Positions 10,778-19,825 of a DNA stretch of 64,000 nt are shown here, piece after piece. Made by a program: the position numbers and the translations under genes. Origin of the DNA: an uncultured Gemmatimonadales bacterium (GTDB taxonomy: Bacteria > Gemmatimonadota > Gemmatimonadetes > Longimicrobiales > RSA9); assembly GCA_963798845.1 (NCBI GenBank), contig CAWCUS010000005.1:256001-320000 (forward strand), written 5' to 3'. The notes below the pieces were generated by a model. The model saw only the letters and a program-made list of their open reading frames with translations. It was not told the DNA's origin and did not search any database. The stretch's first letter is position 1. Each line of letters begins with the position of its first letter.

Positions 10778-11221
10778 ATGATCCGCAACACGCTTCTCAT
10801 CGCGGCGGCGCTGCTGCTGAGCGGCTGCTTCGCCTACATCCCCGTCCCTCCCGGCACCGCGCCGCCTCAGGGCACGGCCGTGCGCGCCTATCTTTCCCGC
10901 CCGGGCGACTACCGCCTCACCGACTACACGGCGAACAACATCGTCCAGATCGATGGCGAGATCGTCCGGGTGAACCCCGACACGCTCGTCCTGTCCGCGT
11001 TCGGACTTCAGGCCGCGAGCGGGTTCGAGTTCCTGGGCAACGGGGAAACGGTCCTGGTCCCGCGGATGGCCGTGGGCGGGCTCGAGCGAAAACAGCTCTC
11101 AGTGTGGCGTTCGGCGGCGCTCGGGGCCGTGTTCGCGGCCGTCGTCACCCTCGGCGGCTTCGCCCTCGCCGCGGCGGGCGGCGGGAGCGAGGGCGGCGGA
11201 AACGGCGGCCAGACCCGGTAG
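10778..11221 (+). CDS. Hypothetical lipoprotein with C-terminal hydrophobic segment
   Basis: Lipobox LLSGC; plausible codon usage; Gly-rich tail. Confidence 0.75.
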   Translation: MIRNTLLIAAALLLSGCFAYIPVPPGTAPPQGTAVRAYLSRPGDYRLTDYTANNIVQIDGEIVRVNPDTLVLSAFGLQAASGFEFLGNGETVLVPRMAVGGLERKQLSVWRSAALGAVFAAVVTLGGFALAAAGGGSEGGGNGGQTR

Positions 11222-11224
11222 CGA

Positions 11225-11695
11225 TCATTGTGGCGTCCCGGAAATCGCTGTCCAGGCCTGTCCTGAACGGCGTAACGTCACGTCCCACGTGGCTTTGGCC
11301 ACCGGCTCCCTCGGCGAGCTCCCCCGGTACCAGGCGTACACCCGGACGCTGGCCTGGTCACCGTGAACCGCGGGCGGGGAGATGGCCAGCAGAGCATCGA
11401 CCGAGAGCCTGCACGTGGACGGATCCATGAGGTCGGAGCACATGCGCGCGTCCTCGAGCGTGGCGAGCTTCGCCCCAAGCCCCCGGGCCACGGCCTGCGA
11501 CACCGCGTCCCCCACCCCGCCGTCGGACCGATGGGGGTCCAGCGCCAGCGACCCCGACGGCAGCTTGCCCCTCGCCCACTGGCCGGCCGCGATCATCGCC
11601 CCTTCCTCCACCTGCGGCTTCTGAGCGGACGCCGCATCGCCCCGGGCGAAGCCCGCCGCCAGGATCACCGCCGCCGTAATCACGCGTGCCTGCAT
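11225..11695 (-). CDS. Hypothetical secreted protein
   Basis: Signal peptide (ending ASA-Q); AAAGGGG SD; Cys pair. Confidence 0.7.
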   Translation of the reverse strand: MQARVITAAVILAAGFARGDAASAQKPQVEEGAMIAAGQWARGKLPSGSLALDPHRSDGGVGDAVSQAVARGLGAKLATLEDARMCSDLMDPSTCRLSVDALLAISPPAVHGDQASVRVYAWYRGSSPREPVAKATWDVTLRRSGQAWTAISGTPQ

Positions 11696-11743
11696 GGGGC
11701 CCCCTTTGTGATTGCTGCCCCTATTGCCATCTCTTCATGGAAG

Positions 11744-11759
11744 TGCAAGGGCCGCGCCT
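11744..11759 (-). promoter_or_regulatory. Sigma-54 (-24/-12) promoter candidate for 11225..11695
   Basis: Minus strand AGGCGCG-GCCC-TTGCA with exact GG-N10-GC spacing. Confidence 0.55.
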
Positions 11760-11835
11760 CGGCACGGCCCCTGACCGACACTCCCGCCGTGGCCCGTGCG
11801 GGCGCCGCCGCGGATTCCCCGCCCTTTTCCGAGCC

Positions 11836-12273
11836 CTACGCCTGGCCGTGCCGGTGCGCGTGCCCCACCCCCTGCAGGTGCGTCAGCCCGCCACCGTGGT
11901 CGTGCTCGTGATCGTGGCCGTGCCCCTGGCACGCCCGGGCCGGCGTCATCCGCACCACGTGCCCGTCCCGGAACGCGTCCACCGCCGCCCTCACGGTGAA
12001 AGCCTCCGTCGCGTACACCGCCATCCCCGCCCCCTCCAGCCGCGCCAGCGCCCGGGCACCCAGACCGCGGCACAGAACTGCCCCGATGGCAAGCCCTTCC
12101 AGTCCCGCCGTCGGCTGGCACTGCCCATGCTCGTGGCGCGCGTGCGCGTTCTCCAGCGGTTCCACAGTCCCCGCGTCCGTATCCACCAGCGTGAACCACG
12201 GCGCGCTTCCGAAATGCGGAGAAACCCGCGCGTCCAGTCCCGCCTCATTCGTGCTCGGTATGCACAGTTTCAC
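11836..12273 (-). CDS. NifB/NifX family (dinitrogenase FeMo-cofactor-binding-like) protein with His-rich tail
   Basis: VSPHFGSAPWFTLVD, HEHGQC and LCRGLGARA motifs; C-terminal HGHDHEHDH...HAHRHG. Confidence 0.88.
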   Translation of the reverse strand: MKLCIPSTNEAGLDARVSPHFGSAPWFTLVDTDAGTVEPLENAHARHEHGQCQPTAGLEGLAIGAVLCRGLGARALARLEGAGMAVYATEAFTVRAAVDAFRDGHVVRMTPARACQGHGHDHEHDHGGGLTHLQGVGHAHRHGQA

Positions 12274-12556
12274 GGTCCGCCCCTTTCTCTATGATCAACG
12301 CAGACGACGTCACCAGCGCTTCCACGACCTTCGCGCGACCCGCGCTGACCAGCCTCTGCACCGTGCCTCGCGAAACCCCCATTCGCGCCCCGGCCGCCGC
12401 CTGATCGTGCCCTTCCAGGTCGCACAGCCGCATCGCTTCCAGCTCGTCCAGCCGCAGATGCACCCTGCCGAGCTCCGGCATCGGGATGCTGCGCGGCTTG
12501 AACACGGCGTCGCCGTCGAACGTGCGACAGTGCCGGTGCTTCCTCGGTCGCGGCAC
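12245..12556 (-). CDS. DUF134 family HTH protein
   Basis: GTG start after AAGGAGG; PRPRKHR..FKP..DELEAMRLCDLEG..QAAAGARMGVSRGT. Confidence 0.9.
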   Translation of the reverse strand: MPRPRKHRHCRTFDGDAVFKPRSIPMPELGRVHLRLDELEAMRLCDLEGHDQAAAGARMGVSRGTVQRLVSAGRAKVVEALVTSSALIIEKGADRETVHTEHE

Positions 12557-12570
12557 GACTCCTCCTTTTT

Positions 12571-12584
12571 TGTGCATATGCACA
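12571..12584. promoter_or_regulatory. Perfect 14-bp palindrome TGTGCATATGCACA, candidate DUF134 operator
   Basis: Perfect palindrome immediately upstream of the SD of the DUF134 gene. Confidence 0.65.
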
Positions 12585-12667
12585 GTAAGCGCAGCGAAGC
12601 CCCGGCGCAAGAGCGCCTTCGCGCGTCCCCAACCCTTCGCGCACCGGCCGTGTCCAAAGCGACGGAA

Positions 12668-12685
12668 GTGTTCGGAAACGGACAC
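12668..12685. promoter_or_regulatory. Candidate enhancer (bEBP-binding) palindrome GTGTTCG-GAAA-CGGACAC
   Basis: Palindrome with one mismatch, about 90 bp upstream of a sigma-54 motif. Confidence 0.55.
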
Positions 12686-12770
12686 TCGCCGGTGCGAAAG
12701 CGGGCGGTGCCGGGACGGTCGATGATCCGGAATCCATTGCGACACAGGAGATTTTGGGGGTTCGTGACAT

Positions 12771-12785
12771 CGGCATGGTCCTCGC
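12771..12785 (+). promoter_or_regulatory. Sigma-54 promoter candidate for the tolC operon
   Basis: CGGCATG-GTCC-TCGC with GG-N10-GC spacing; the operon encodes an NtrC-family activator. Confidence 0.55.
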
Positions 12786-12872
12786 CCTTCGATGATGTGA
12801 ATACTTCCGGACGCTGTCGCCGTAGGGTCAGGCGGGCGAACGGTGAAGGACGGGAACGAAACCGAGGCTGCA

Positions 12873-14426
12873 ATGGAGCGTGGTGAGGTCAGGAAGGCCG
12901 GAGGGCGAGCGGCCTGGCTGTTGGCGTTCGGTCTCGGCGTGCTGCCGTCCGCGGCGGCCGCGCAGGCGGCGGGGCAGGAGCAGGCGCCCGCGTCGTTGAC
13001 GCTGGATGAGGCGCTCGACATCGCGCGGGAGAACAACCCGACATTCCAGGCTGCACGGAACGACGAAAAGGTGGCGGGCTGGTCGGTGCGCGAGGCGTAC
13101 GGTGCGCTGCTCCCGCGGGCTTCGCTATCGGGGGGCGTCCGCTACGAGGAGGGCGGCGCGTCGCTGATCGGGAGCTTCACGTCGGCGGACATCGGTCTGA
13201 CGTCCACGCCCGCGTACTACTTCTCGAGCTACGGGGTCGGCGCGTCGCTGAGCCTGAGCGGGGAGACCTTCTTCAACATGGCGGAACAGCGGGCGAGGCG
13301 GCGTGCGGTGGCGGCTACGGTGGATGCGGCGGAGCTGACGCTGGAAGCGACGGTGACGCAGCGATACGTGTCTGCGTTGCGCGCCCGGGACCTGGTGGAA
13401 GTGGGCGAGCAGCGCCTGGCGAGGGCGGAGGAGAACCTGACGCTGGCTTCGGCGCGCGCCGAAGCCGGCGTGGGGATCGAGCTGGACGCGAAGCAGGCGC
13501 GGGTGGAGCGGGGTCGTGCGCAGGTGAACCTGCTGACGGCGCGGAGCGACGAGAAGGGGGCGAAGCTGGCGTTGATGGAGCAGCTCGGAATCGAGCTGGA
13601 CGGGGACGTGTCGCTGACCACTGAGCTGCCGGTGTTCGAGCCGCCGTGGACGCTGGAAGAGCTGCTGGCGCTGGCGAGCGAGGCGCACCCGTCTCTGGTG
13701 TCGCTGGAGGCGACGGCGCGGGCGGAGCGGGCGGCGGCGAGAACGGCGTGGTCGTCGTACCTGCCGACGCTGTCCGCGAACGCGCAGCTCTCGGGCTACA
13801 CGCGGCAGGCGGGGAGCGACGATTTCCTGCTGGCGCAGAAGGAGGACGTCCTCCAGTCGAGGCTGGAGAACTGCCAGCAGCTGAACGATCTCTATTCGCG
13901 GCTGGCGGACCCGTACCCCCCCGACGACTGCAGCGGCTACGTCCTCACGGGTGAGCGGAAGGATTCGCTGCTTTCGACGGTGGTGGCGGGGAACCGGGCG
14001 TTCCCGTTCGAGTTCCAGAAGCAGCCGCTCACGGTCTCCGTGCAGCTTTCGCTGCCGATCTTCACGGGCTTCAGCCGGCAGCGTCAGATCGCGCAGGCGG
14101 AAGCGGCGGCCGCGGACACGGACTACCAGCTGAAAGCGGAGGAGCTGCGGCTCAAGACGGCGGTCTCCTCGGTGTACGAGCAGCTGAGCACGGCGTACCA
14201 GGCCGTGCAGCTGGAGGAGGAGAATCGGTCGGTTGCGGACGAGCAGCTGGAGCAGGCGAGAGAGCGCTACCGTGTCGGCCTGGACTCGTTCGTACAGCTC
14301 ACGGAGGCGGAGACCTTGAAGTCGGAGGCCGACCAGGCGTACCTGGCGGCCATCTACAGCTTTCACGAGGCGTTGGCGGAGCTGGAATCGGCGGTCGGAC
14401 AGCCGCTCCGGCGCGCGTCCCGTTGA
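12873..14426 (+). CDS. TolC family outer membrane efflux protein
   Basis: Signal peptide; LTLDEALDIARENNP; LSLPIFTGF; ARERYRVG; duplicated OEP architecture. Confidence 0.92.
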   Translation: MERGEVRKAGGRAAWLLAFGLGVLPSAAAAQAAGQEQAPASLTLDEALDIARENNPTFQAARNDEKVAGWSVREAYGALLPRASLSGGVRYEEGGASLIGSFTSADIGLTSTPAYYFSSYGVGASLSLSGETFFNMAEQRARRRAVAATVDAAELTLEATVTQRYVSALRARDLVEVGEQRLARAEENLTLASARAEAGVGIELDAKQARVERGRAQVNLLTARSDEKGAKLALMEQLGIELDGDVSLTTELPVFEPPWTLEELLALASEAHPSLVSLEATARAERAAARTAWSSYLPTLSANAQLSGYTRQAGSDDFLLAQKEDVLQSRLENCQQLNDLYSRLADPYPPDDCSGYVLTGERKDSLLSTVVAGNRAFPFEFQKQPLTVSVQLSLPIFTGFSRQRQIAQAEAAAADTDYQLKAEELRLKTAVSSVYEQLSTAYQAVQLEEENRSVADEQLEQARERYRVGLDSFVQLTEAETLKSEADQAYLAAIYSFHEALAELESAVGQPLRRASR

Positions 14427-14444
14427 AGAGGGAGCGGATCGCGG

Positions 14445-15761
14445 ATGAGCATGGCAGCGAAGAAGCAGGACGACGGCGGGACGGAGGGCGCCCCCGCCTC
14501 CGGACATCGGATCTCCATGGATGTCCCGCGCTCCGATGGGGCGAAGCGGCGCAAGTGGCTGTACTGGGGTGCGGGGGCAGTGCTGCTGGTGGCGGCCACG
14601 ATCGGGCTGTCGCGGCTCAAGCCGGCGGCCCCGGCGGTCGACCGGGACGTGGTGTTCACCGGCGCGGTGACGCGCGGGACCATGCTCAAGGAGGTTCGCG
14701 GCCCGGGGACGCTGGTGCCGGAGCACGTGCGCTGGGTTTCCGCAGTGACGGCCGGGCGGGTGGAGCGGCGCCTCGTGGAGCCGGGCGCGCAGGTCGACTC
14801 GGGAACGCTCATCATGGAGTTGTCGAACCCGGATGTGCAGCTCCAGGCGCTGGAAGCGGAGCGTCAGCTGGCTGCGGCGCAGGCGCAGCTGGTGGAGACC
14901 GGTACGACGCTGGAATCGGGTCGACTGAACCAGGCGGGCGTGGTGGCCCAGGTGCGATCGCAGTACCAGCAGGCGCAGCGAACGCTGAGCTCGTACGAGG
15001 AGCTGAACGCGAAGCGGCTGGTGGCGCAGAACGACCTGAAGCAGGCCCGCGACCAGGTGACGGAGCTGGAGGAGCGCGGCCGAATAGAGCAGGAGCGGCT
15101 CGACCTCATGGAGCGAAACACTGAGCGACAGATCGCCGTACAGAAGTCCCAGGTCGAGCGGCTTCAGCAGATCGTGGACTTCCAGCAGGACCGACTGGCT
15201 TCCATGCACGTGACCGCCGGGAGCGATGGCGTGCTCCAGGAGCTGAACTTCGAGCCGGGCCAGTGGGTGCAGCCCGGGGCGACGCTCGCCAAGGTGGTGC
15301 AGCCCGGACGGCTGAAGGCGGTGCTGCGGATCCCCGAAGTCCAGGCGAAGGACGTGACCGTGGGCCAGCCGGCGAAGATCGACATCCGGAGCGGGATCAT
15401 CCAGGGGCACGTGATGCGGATCGATCCGGCGGCGCAGGGTGGCTCGGTGACGGTCGACGTGGCGCTGGACGTGGAGGCGCTGCCGAAAGGCGCCCGTCCC
15501 GACCTGAGCGTGGATGGGACGGTAGAGGTGGCGCGCCTGGACGACGTGCTCCACATGCCGCGACCGCACATCGGGCAAGCGAACAGCTCGGTGGGTCTGT
15601 TCAAGGTGGTGAACGGCAACGAGGCCGTGCGGGTCACGGCGCAGCTGGGCGAGACATCGGTGAACGAAGTGGAAGTGCGGAGCGGGCTCGAGGAAGGCGA
15701 CGTCGTCATCCTCTCCGATATGTCCGCGTGGGATTCGTACGATCGCGTACGACTCAAGTAG
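14445..15761 (+). CDS. HlyD/MacA-like periplasmic adaptor subunit
   Basis: N-terminal TM anchor; lipoyl-like halves (VEPGAQV; GQWVQPG); coiled coil; GARPDLSVDG. Confidence 0.92.
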   Translation: MSMAAKKQDDGGTEGAPASGHRISMDVPRSDGAKRRKWLYWGAGAVLLVAATIGLSRLKPAAPAVDRDVVFTGAVTRGTMLKEVRGPGTLVPEHVRWVSAVTAGRVERRLVEPGAQVDSGTLIMELSNPDVQLQALEAERQLAAAQAQLVETGTTLESGRLNQAGVVAQVRSQYQQAQRTLSSYEELNAKRLVAQNDLKQARDQVTELEERGRIEQERLDLMERNTERQIAVQKSQVERLQQIVDFQQDRLASMHVTAGSDGVLQELNFEPGQWVQPGATLAKVVQPGRLKAVLRIPEVQAKDVTVGQPAKIDIRSGIIQGHVMRIDPAAQGGSVTVDVALDVEALPKGARPDLSVDGTVEVARLDDVLHMPRPHIGQANSSVGLFKVVNGNEAVRVTAQLGETSVNEVEVRSGLEEGDVVILSDMSAWDSYDRVRLK

Positions 15762-15791
15762 ACTCCTTCTGAAGCGAGAGCGAGAGCGACC

Positions 15792-16580
15792 ATGGCCGAA
15801 ACCCCTACTCCGAATCGCCCGACCGCCACCCAGGGCAACGGTGGAGCCACCGAGACGCTGGAGCCGATGATCCGGCTGCAGAGCGTGAGCAAGGTGTTCT
15901 ACACCGAAGAAGTGGAGACCCACGCGCTCGACGACGTGCACCTCGAGATCCGACCGGGCGAGTATGTCGCCATCGCGGGGCCCTCCGGGTGCGGTAAGAC
16001 CACGCTCCTGTCCATCCTCGGCCTGCTCGACTCGCCCACGGCCGGGGAGTACGTTCTGGATGCGCGGCCCGTGGCGAACCTCACGGCCAGCCAGCGGGCG
16101 CACATCCGGAACCGCGCAATCGGCTTCATCTTCCAGGCGTTCAACCTGATCGGCGACCTGAACGTGTACGAGAACGTGGAGCTCCCGCTCACCTACCGCG
16201 GGATGCCGGGCAAGGAGCGGAAGGAGCGGGTGGAAAAGGCGCTCGAACGCGTGGGCATGGCCCACCGGATGAAGCACTACCCCAGCCAGCTTTCCGGCGG
16301 CCAGCAGCAGCGTGTGGCCGTGGCCCGGGCCATCGTCGGCGACCCGCTCATGCTGCTGGCCGACGAGCCGACGGGGAACCTGGATTCCGCGAACGGCGAA
16401 GCGGTGATGAACCTCATGAAGGAGCTGCACGGGGGCGGCGCCACGATCGTCATGGTGACGCACGACCCGCGCTACGCGCAGCATGCCGAGCGGAGCATCC
16501 ACCTGTTCGACGGGCGCATCGTGGAGGACGTGAACCGACGCGAAGCGCACGAGCTCGAGGAGGCCGGCTTCGACGTCTGA
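15792..16580 (+). CDS. ABC transporter ATP-binding protein (MacB/LolD-like)
   Basis: [17 protein letters not shown] and [11 protein letters not shown] motifs. Confidence 0.95.
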   Translation: MAETPTPNRPTATQGNGGATETLEPMIRLQSVSKVFYTEEVETHALDDVHLEIRPGEYVAIAGPSGCGKTTLLSILGLLDSPTAGEYVLDARPVANLTASQRAHIRNRAIGFIFQAFNLIGDLNVYENVELPLTYRGMPGKERKERVEKALERVGMAHRMKHYPSQLSGGQQQRVAVARAIVGDPLMLLADEPTGNLDSANGEAVMNLMKELHGGGATIVMVTHDPRYAQHAERSIHLFDGRIVEDVNRREAHELEEAGFDV

Positions 16581-16650
16581 GCCGCGTGCATGACCGGCGG
16601 GCCTGCCGGATGCGGGTCCATCATTCCCCCCGGCGCCGGAGGACTTGACA

Positions 16651-19116
16651 GTGTCGTTCGCGACAGAGCTCCGGCATTCGGCCCGGCGCCTGCGGAGGAG
16701 CCCGGGCTTCACGGCCGTGGCCATCGCCACGCTGGCGCTCGGAATCGGCGCCACGGCGGCCATCTTCAGCGTGATCCGGGGCGTCCTCCTGGAGCCCCTC
16801 CCCTTCCCGGCCCCGGACCGCCTCGTCCAGCTCTGGCAGGTGGGCGAGGACGGCCAGGAGATGCAGTGGTCGGAGCCCAACTTCCGGGACGTTCGCGACC
16901 AGGCTCGCACGCTGGACGTCATGGCGGCCTACCACGCCGTGACGGTCACGGTCACGGGCGGGGGCGAGGCGTCCCGGATCTCGGGCGCCGCGGTGTCGGA
17001 TGGATTCTTCCCGGCTCTCGGCGTGCAGCCCGTGCGCGGCAGGACGCTGATCCCCGAGGACCATCGCGACGACGCAGCCGTGGCGGTGGTCAGCGGCGCG
17101 TACTGGCGCGGTTCCCTGGGCGGCGACCCGAACGTGCTGGGGCGTTCGCTCCGCATCGAGGAGCGCGCGTACACCGTGGTCGGCATTGTGCCGACGAGAG
17201 AAGCGTTCCCGGCCGGCGCCGACATCTGGATCCCGCGGGAGACGGATCCGGAGGCGAGCCGCACGGCGCACAACTGGCGAGTGCTCGGCCGCCTGTCCAA
17301 CGACGCCACGCTGTCACAGGCGAGGCAGGAGCTGGCGGGGATCGCCATTCGGCTGAAGCAGCAATACGGTGACGACACGTGGATGTCGAATGCTGCAGTG
17401 GTGCCGCTGCGGGAGGAGCTCGTAGGCACGGTCCGTCCGGCGCTCCTCGTGCTCCTGGGCGGTGCAGCGCTGCTCCTGCTCATCGCCTGCGCCAACGTGG
17501 CGAACCTGCTGCTGACGCGGGCCACGGCCCGGAGCCGCGAGATCGCGGTGAGGATGGCGCTGGGCGCCGGCAGGGCGCGGGTATTTTCGCAGCTTCTCAC
17601 CGAGTCCACGCTGGTCGCGGTCGCGGCGGCGGTGCTCGGGGTGGTCCTGGCGCTCTGGGGGGTCGACGCCCTGCTGGCGCTGGCCCCCGCTCGCCTTCCC
17701 CGGCTGGACACCGTGGGTGTGGACTGGGCCGTGCTCGCCTTCACGCTGGGGGTCGCGCTGCTTGCGGGCGGCGCGATCGGCTTCCTCGCCGCGCTCCGGG
17801 CCACGACCTCGGACGTGCACGCCGCGCTGGAGGAGGGAGGGCGCACCGAGACCGGCGGGGCGATGGGGCGCGTGCGGAGCGCCCTGGTCGCCACACAGGT
17901 GGCGCTCACCATGGTGCTCCTCGTGGGTGCGGGGCTCCTGGGGCGGAGCTTCATCCGCCTCATCACGCTCGACCCGGGATACCGGACGGATGGCGCCCTG
18001 GTCATGGACGTCACGCTCCCCATGCCCGAGGGCGAGAGCGACGACCCGCTCGTGCTGGGAACGCCCAACGCCAGGGGCGGGGCCATCCTCGCGGAACTGG
18101 TCGAGCGGGTATCCGCGCTGCCGGGCGTCACCGCCGCGGGCGGGATCAACGCGCTCCCGCTGACGGGGGGCGGAGCGAACGGGATGTTCCTGGTGCTCCA
18201 GCGCCCGGACGAGGTCCGCGGCCTCGATGACTGGACCCGCCTTTCGGCCCTGCCGGGGCGGGCGGGAGAGTCCGAGTACAGGCTGGTCACGCGCGGCTAC
18301 TTCGCGGCCATGGGAATCCCGCTGCTGCGCGGCAGGCTCTTCGACGAGCGGGACGCGCCCGGGGCAGCGCACGTGGCGCTGGTCAGCGCGTCGTTCGCCG
18401 AACGGCAGTGGCATGGCGAGGACCCGCTCGGCAGGCTGATCCAGTTCGGGAACATGGACGGCGACCTCCACGCGTTCACGGTGGTGGGCGTGGTCGGCGA
18501 TGTCCGCGATCGCAGCATAGAGGCGCCGCCGCAGCCCACCCTGTACGCCAGCGCGCTCCAGCGCACCACCCGGCTCGGAGGAGCCTTCGACATCGTGGTG
18601 CGCGGAACGGTGGCTCCCACCGCGACGATCCCGGCAGCCCGCCGCATTGCCCGCGAGCTGACCCCGGACGGACCGGTGCAGTTCCGCTCGCTCGACGAAG
18701 TCCACGCCGCGTCGCTGGGAGAGCGCCGTTTCGGGCTCTTCCTCCTCGGCGTCTTCGGGGTCACCGCGCTCGTGCTCGCGGCCCTCGGGATCTACGGCGT
18801 GATCGCGTTCGTGGTGACCCAGCGGACGAGGGAGATCGGCATCCGTGTGGCTCTCGGTGCCCAGCGAGGCAGCGTGGTCCGCCTCGTCGTCCAGCAGGCC
18901 CTGGTCCTGACGGCCGTGGGCGTGGTCACGGGCGCGGCGATCTCGGGCGCCGCCACCCGGCTCCTGCGCAATCAGCTCTACGGCGTGGGGGCGCTCGACC
19001 CGGTGACGTTCTTCGCCGTCACCCTGGTCCTGACCACGGCGGCGCTCGCGGCAAGCTATATTCCCGCCCGCCGCGCGACGGCGGTGAATCCCGTGAATGC
19101 ACTCCGTCAGGAATGA
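16651..19116 (+). CDS. ADOP-family duplicated MacB-type ABC permease
   Basis: GGAGGA SD then GTG; LRRSPGF..LALGIGA; LLLIACANVANLLL; REIAVRMALGA; QRTREIGIRVALGA; PARRA..ALRQE. Confidence 0.93.
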   Translation: MSFATELRHSARRLRRSPGFTAVAIATLALGIGATAAIFSVIRGVLLEPLPFPAPDRLVQLWQVGEDGQEMQWSEPNFRDVRDQARTLDVMAAYHAVTVTVTGGGEASRISGAAVSDGFFPALGVQPVRGRTLIPEDHRDDAAVAVVSGAYWRGSLGGDPNVLGRSLRIEERAYTVVGIVPTREAFPAGADIWIPRETDPEASRTAHNWRVLGRLSNDATLSQARQELAGIAIRLKQQYGDDTWMSNAAVVPLREELVGTVRPALLVLLGGAALLLLIACANVANLLLTRATARSREIAVRMALGAGRARVFSQLLTESTLVAVAAAVLGVVLALWGVDALLALAPARLPRLDTVGVDWAVLAFTLGVALLAGGAIGFLAALRATTSDVHAALEEGGRTETGGAMGRVRSALVATQVALTMVLLVGAGLLGRSFIRLITLDPGYRTDGALVMDVTLPMPEGESDDPLVLGTPNARGGAILAELVERVSALPGVTAAGGINALPLTGGGANGMFLVLQRPDEVRGLDDWTRLSALPGRAGESEYRLVTRGYFAAMGIPLLRGRLFDERDAPGAAHVALVSASFAERQWHGEDPLGRLIQFGNMDGDLHAFTVVGVVGDVRDRSIEAPPQPTLYASALQRTTRLGGAFDIVVRGTVAPTATIPAARRIARELTPDGPVQFRSLDEVHAASLGERRFGLFLLGVFGVTALVLAALGIYGVIAFVVTQRTREIGIRVALGAQRGSVVRLVVQQALVLTAVGVVTGAAISGAATRLLRNQLYGVGALDPVTFFAVTLVLTTAALAASYIPARRATAVNPVNALRQE

Positions 19117-19119
19117 ACG

Positions 19120-19821
19120 ATGGCGATGATCGAGCTGAGGCACCTGGAGCGTTTTTTCGAGTCCAAGGCGGGGCGCACGTACGTGCTGCGGAACATCGAG
19201 CTGGACATCCAGGAAGGTGAATTCGTCACCGTGATGGGCCCGTCCGGTGCGGGAAAGACCACGCTGCTGAGCATTCTCGGAATGCTGGATCACAGCTGGA
19301 GCGGGGAGTACAGGCTGCTCGGGAACGCGGTACAGGAGTTGAAGCCGCGGGACCGGATGGAGTTGAACAAGGCCCACGTGGGTTTCGTCTTCCAGCAGTA
19401 TCACCTCATCGACGACCTGACCGTCGAGGAGAACCTGGAGATTCCGCTCAGCTACCGGAACTACAAGCGGCGGGAACGACAGGCGCTGGTGGCCGACACG
19501 CTCGACCGGTTCAACATCGTGGGCAAGAAGGACCTGTTCCCGAACCAGCTCTCGGGCGGCCAGCAGCAGCTGGTCGGGGTCGCGCGGGCGATCATCGCCA
19601 GCCCCAAACTGATTCTCGCCGATGAGCCCACCGGCAACCTCCACTCCCGCCAGGGCCACGAGATCATGGAGCTCTTCACCCGCCTCAACCGCGAGGGCAC
19701 CACCATCATCCAGGTGACGCACTCGGACGAGATGGCGGCGTACGGCAACCGGGTGGTCGAGCTGCTCGACGGCTGGGTGGTGGGGCGGGAGGAGCGGGCA
19801 GCAGGCGTGGAAGGCGCCTGA
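19120..19821 (+). CDS. Second ABC transporter ATP-binding protein
   Basis: GPSGAGKT, LSGGQQQ and ADEPTGNLH motifs. Confidence 0.95.
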   Translation: MAMIELRHLERFFESKAGRTYVLRNIELDIQEGEFVTVMGPSGAGKTTLLSILGMLDHSWSGEYRLLGNAVQELKPRDRMELNKAHVGFVFQQYHLIDDLTVEENLEIPLSYRNYKRRERQALVADTLDRFNIVGKKDLFPNQLSGGQQQLVGVARAIIASPKLILADEPTGNLHSRQGHEIMELFTRLNREGTTIIQVTHSDEMAAYGNRVVELLDGWVVGREERAAGVEGA

Positions 19822-19825
19822 GCCA

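Noticed and set aside
11836..12273. Evidence for nitrogen fixation
   Set aside because: The NifB/NifX-like domain is widespread in non-diazotrophs, and there is no nifHDK here.
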